53,412 nucleotides of DNA. Origin: Catajapyx aquilonaris (taxonomy: Eukaryota). The notes beneath the pieces were generated by a model, which was given only the letters and a program-made list of their open reading frames with translations, made no database searches and was not told the origin of the DNA. Below, piece by piece: positions 48,301 to 53,412 of this stretch. Location of the stretch: contig KZ538700.1 in the NCBI GenBank assembly GCA_000934665.2, positions 1 to 53,412 on the forward strand. The letters are read 5' to 3'. The stretch's first letter is position 1. Each line of letters opens with the position of its first letter. A program made the position numbers and the translations under genes.

Positions 48301-49863
48301 ATTGCTCCTGTATACTGATGATGGTATTGGCTCCATTTTCAGCTTGTGTTAAGCACGATCAATTTTTGTTGCTTGATGATCTTTGCAGAATGAAAGAATC
48401 GTGAGAAAACACACACCAGCATGGAGAGAACATCGATATTTTTTTATATTTCCGGTACAATACTGATTTTTTGATCTGATATTTCCGAAATTGAGCAGTC
48501 CTATAGGCTACTTGTATAGTGGTCGTTTCAGTTCTATGAAGGTTTCAAGTGTTTGGCCGTAACGAGTTATAGTCTCCTTTAATAGCGCACGATCGCAGTT
48601 GAAGATACAGTAATCCAAATACTGGGTGGCATTATGGATCTGGGCAATATTTTTAGCCCCGGTGGAAGCTTTAGCACCGTAATAGAACACGTGAAATGAA
48701 GATGTAGCCTGGCAGGCATCGTAACTCGTCGTTTGAGTAAGCGATTATTAGACCCACCCTAACCGGCGTAATTGGCGCGACTAATGGCCCGTGGGAAGGG
48801 CTAAAATTATTATCGTTTATCAAACACGATGACCTATCGATTTGGGCGAATGGGCCAAAGTGTGTGGGAGGTAGAGACCAACAAACTCAGGTTTCTCTCG
48901 AATATAAGAAACGGGGTCCAGTTATGATTAGAGTGTCCCAGTGCACGGCATGGGTATCAGAGGGGAATGGCGAAGGGAAAATAAGGGCTGAGTGCTGGTA
49001 GCCGTATTTTGTCTCCGAGGTCAATTAGAGTGACCAGGAGCATCTCCCAGTAGGCCAGTACACGAAAAGTCTAGAGGCGCCTCTGCAGGTGGCGCCTGAT
49101 TGAGAAAAATGGCCGCCATGCCGTCTGGGAATTGCACTGTAGGGTCATGCTGTGGAAAACCTGATGTAAGGCTCTCCCAAAAAAGGTCAGGAAATTTTTT
49201 TCTTCGTCTTTTTGGAGAGAGAGAGAAGGAGAAGAAGTTTAAAAAAAAAAGAGGTTGCGGAGACGTCCCCAAGGTGACAAGAAATTTATTCCGTAACGTG
49301 CATCGCGAAATGGTTAGGGAGATTAATGAGTTGTTTCCATCAGTTCAAATGGAAATTCACAGTGTGTTGATGTTTGGGAAGGTCTGAGAACGTTGTGGGC
49401 TTTGTGCTATGTGGCACAAATGACTATAAAGCATAACCTGTACTGAAAATATATGACACTCATGAAAATTACACAAATGGACTGCGCCTTTAATATCATT
49501 AATAATTTCTTTCGCACACCGCAATTACAGCCTTAAATATTACGCACTGAAACTTTATGTGTAATGCAATTTATTATTGAATTGCCCAATAAAGCAGAGG
49601 CTGAAGTCCAAGGTAATAACTAATAAGTTTGAAATTTGAGGCCATCTGTTCATGGAATTGGCATCGTAAATGTACCACTTATTGTTGGGATGGCCTTTCA
49701 GGCTTGTGCATCAGTCAGTATTTAGCTCCGACTCATATTTTTTTTAATAATTCTCCGATGAACTTTGACCCTTGGGCCATTAAATTAACCAGCTACACTG
49801 CCACAGTCTAAGAAGTGTTAGCGTAATTTCAGCTATACATTGCGCCAGTGTAATGCAAACGGC

Positions 49864-49910
49864 ACTGTTTTCATGCGGGTAGTAACTACATTAACTACCA
49901 TGAAAACAGT
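49864..49910. repeat. Short inverted repeat
   Basis: ACTGTTTTCATG..GGTAGT / ACTACC.CATGAAAACAGT. Confidence 0.6.
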
Positions 49911-50947
49911 ACAGGTGAAATGAAAATTATCCGATATGTGAGATTGTGTGTGTTAATTTGGTAATGCAAGAACCTAGACCTGCATAAGAAATTTTCTACA
50001 CTAAAGGACATATCCAGACTATAAATGAGGTTAAACCCACATTCACGGCAAACATACCCTATAACCATCACATAAGCATAATCCTCTAAATTAATACACT
50101 TAATGGCCTAAAACCAGGTTGATTAATGATCACTTTTTTTCTCCAGTACGCCTCTCGATAAAGCAGAAACAGTACTTCACCGACGGTACCTCAATTTGTG
50201 GTCAAGAGCGTACGTAACCCCCCTGGTTTTCATTGACCGCTTTGCACTAGCAGCAGGTGAAGTGTAATTAATTAGCCCAAGATTTGCACGTTCGCAGCCT
50301 GCTGAAGTAGCAAATCCCCGCCAAGTGCAATATCATTACTGCTCTCTGCAAATGAGGTCACTGCACACTCGAGCAAAAAAGAGAGACTTGAACTTAATAC
50401 GTCCCTCTTGGTTTATAGCAGTATATAGTAAGGCTATAGTATAATGGCTGCGTGAAAATATTAGTTCTCTTCTCGGGGGCGACACGCGTCGCGAATTTTC
50501 TCCGGAATGTGTCCAGGTGGAGACTTGGCATTGATTTTCCATAGTCCTGGTATCGAATTCGCAGTGCTTTCCAACCGGGGGACTATTTATCACCCGAGGC
50601 TGGGGGGGGTATAGGGGGTGGGATGGTGGAAAGGGCCTGCAAGAGAAAGAGAGAGATTGGAAGGGCTCAGCTCTTCGTCAGATCCTGAGGGGTCCATCCT
50701 CTCCCTGCATCCCAACCCCTCCCGAAAATTCAGCTCACGAAGTCATCGGCAAAGGGCGCAACAATATTCGGCCGTGTCCAGCCACTCGATTCAACGGGTC
50801 CAATCAGTCGGAATAAGTTTAACACCGATGTGACAACACTGCTGGAAAATTCCTCCCCCCCCCCCATCCCCCTCCCCCTCCCCCACCCCCACCCACGCAT
50901 CATCTGGCCGATGGATGCAATTATGCCAATCTAATTACGAGCCGCAC

Positions 50948-51006
50948 CATTGATTTGTATTTGTCGTAGGCGTTTTGCACGCCGCACTTGGTTGCAATAT
51001 TGCCTC
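50948..51006 (+). repeat. 59-bp dispersed direct repeat, copy 1
   Basis: CATTGATTTGT...TGTCGTAGGCGTTTTGCACGCCGCACTTGGTTGCAATATTGCCTC. Confidence 0.85.
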
Positions 51007-51329
51007 AAAAAAGCACATATTTTTGGCGGATGATTTTTAACGCGTGTTGTTAATGGCTAACGAGCAGTGAATCGTAGTGGATTGATTTATAAAATAGCTA
51101 TTAAGACTTGATTAAAGGGCAGCCGCCGAGAAAATTTGGGTTACCGGTTTAAAATTGACGCCGTGACGTCAACGCTCTGGGGCACGTGATCAGGATTTGT
51201 TAATTTAAATCACGTGATTATGTGTTGCCAATAATATTCTCTAATTCATTCCTTACAAAACTGATGAGGCAAAAATTTCTCGGAAGCTAATTATGCAAAT
51301 GAATTTTTTTGCAATCTGATTTTTAAGCT

Positions 51330-51455
51330 AGGCTTTCGTAACAAGAGACCCTACTTTCCTATAGGCGTGTATCCGCTGAATGATAGGTGTGTATCCGCTG
51401 AGAAGGAAGGTTAGGTCATGGAGTAAGGTTGATGGTCTCTCATTACGAAAGTCCT
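51330..51455. mobile_element. Degenerate MITE, family A copy 2
   Basis: TIRs AGGCTTTCGTAACAAGAGACC / GGTCTCTCATTACGAAAGTCCT; interior homologous to 6075-6237. Confidence 0.65.
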
Positions 51456-51672
51456 GTCGATTTTTAGACCAAAAGTGTATTAAATCAACATTTTAAAAAT
51501 AATTCCGTAATGAGACTCTTAAGGAACCAATTATTTCGTATAGATTGATCTCCTTCATCTGTAGGAGTTATTAACCAATTTGATAGGCTGTTAGATCCCG
51601 GGCCGAGATTGTAGAAATGCAAGGAATTGATTCCGTACCGTAAAATCGTTGTTAAAACCCTTAATAAGGCGG

Positions 51673-51731
51673 CATTGATTTGTCAGTGTCGCAGGCGTTT
51701 TGCACGCCACACTTGGTTGCAATATTGACTC
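51673..51731 (+). repeat. 59-bp dispersed direct repeat, copy 2
   Basis: CATTGATTTGT...TGTCGCAGGCGTTTTGCACGCCACACTTGGTTGCAATATTGACTC. Confidence 0.85.
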
Positions 51732-53412
51732 CCCAAAGAGTCTGCTCCAAAAAAACAAAATTATGAATCACAGTTACTAGGCTTGGGTCCAAAACTTGCA
51801 CTGACTTCTTACAAAAGCAGAGCCAAAGGAATTGATCCGCCCCTTTAACAAAAATAAATAAAAAAAGAAGAAAAGAAGCAAGTCTGGCCCGCGCGCTTCT
51901 TGGCACTCTGGCAACATGCAGTTGCAGGATGAGCCCCACAGAGATCGAAGCTTGTTAGCTCTGGCCCACTTTTAGTTTAAACAAGGCGCCTCTCCTTGAA
52001 TTCGGCTGGTCCTGAGGTTGCATTTTTGTCCCAACCGCAAACATATCCTAAATAAATATAAGATTTAAATTCTGTTGGCGCAACCCAAAAGTAAATTTTT
52101 GTTGTAATCACGTTGACAGCTATATATTTGAATATTTACAGCGTTGTTTTGATGGCATGTCCGGCACATATATGATACCACCAGTAGGGGTGTCAACCAG
52201 GCGCGTTTGATAATTGTTGATGCCAGTGCGCTACAGAGCTCGGGACCGCCGGGTGATGTTAGCTATTATTTAAGCTGAATTATCGAATTATTGTGTGGCT
52301 CGTATTTTACACTGGCTCAATCGTACATTATAGTTCGCCGAAGCATTTGCGCCGTGCGTGTAATGGAGACGAACGTGCAACTCGGCTATATTTCAAAAGG
52401 TTCCAAGGGCGTTAGTGCCACACGCGGGATGACTAATGCAATGTACAACTGCATTTTACTGGTGTGTCGTGTATGATATAATTAGCAGCCGAATATATTC
52501 AGCCCTATTTTAATTAACATTTTGGTAGCGTGCTAGCTGCATATGTACTGGTGTATTTATGTGAAACTACACAATGCAAAAAAAAACTACAGTGTGTAGA
52601 TAATAATCAGACCAAAGTACGCTGATTTACATATTTGCTCTCAGTGCAATTTTTGAATTAAAATTTAAACTTAATGAAAACGAATAATTGATCACATTAG
52701 GCGGAGAGAAAAAATTGTTAAAAAATGCAAAATCAAATTTTGTGGAGAATGGTGAGGGAATTACGGAAATTGAGCAATATTGTAGTGGAAGTCATTGGAT
52801 TTCTTTCACTTAAATTGATGATTATCCCTATGACATAATATTTATTTCATGTAAATCCGCAAAATGGCAAGAACCTTTTGCAATCACCAGAGGGGGATGC
52901 AGATCCTCGTGAAGAAAAACCTGTTTTTATGATTGCGATTTCACGGACCCCACCGAAATTCGGTCGGATTTAAATTGCAATTTTTGTTGTGCTCCCCCCG
53001 CCTGATGTAAAAACCCCTGTTTCCGACAAGATCAGATAAGCATGAATGATACATCGTGCATGCTCAGTGTAACATTTTCATGTCTTATCGTTGGAGTCAA
53101 CTGGACGACGACTCGAGGAGGGAAAAAGAAAAGGAAAAAGGGAGGGCTATTATTTATGCAATATCTTGGCCTCCCATGCTATTCTGACGCCCTCCCAGCA
53201 TAACTCACATTCGGAATAAAACCGTAAGCTGGGTCTGACTAGGAAATATGGCGCCAGCGCGTCTTTGTCCCCCATAAAAAGGGTGAATCCTGGGCGTCGA
53301 GGAAAAAGGAGAAGAAAACGACGGTTCTTTCGGTTCGGCCCAACGACCGCGATAAGAAAATTGTACGCGCACTAAATAATACAATTTCTTCGAGTTTTGT
53401 TACTATTGCGGC

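Overview
Eukaryotic, most likely arthropod, genomic DNA from a gapped assembly (N runs sit at poly-G/C tracts). The only well-supported gene is a 4-exon DUF229 / alkaline-phosphatase-like type II membrane protein on + (1121-3353, 665 aa, three short GT-AG introns), preceded by a DRE motif and an Inr motif. The remaining ~50 kb has no recognisable coding sequence and looks like intergenic DNA or a very large intron. It contains: a tRNA-Cys-like SINE and a CCCAAG-terminal MITE both nested in one (CAA)/(TAG) microsatellite; a second 5'-truncated retro-insertion with a 15-bp TSD sharing a central segment with that SINE; many palindromic MITE-like hairpins; 38-bp, 66-bp and ~41-bp minisatellites, the first built on a CTCF-like palindrome; a probable haplotype-duplication artefact; and a candidate promoter/non-coding first exon near 29.5-30.2 kb. 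I found no CRISPR array, rRNA, functional tRNA or transposase, and no convincing new multi-gene system.
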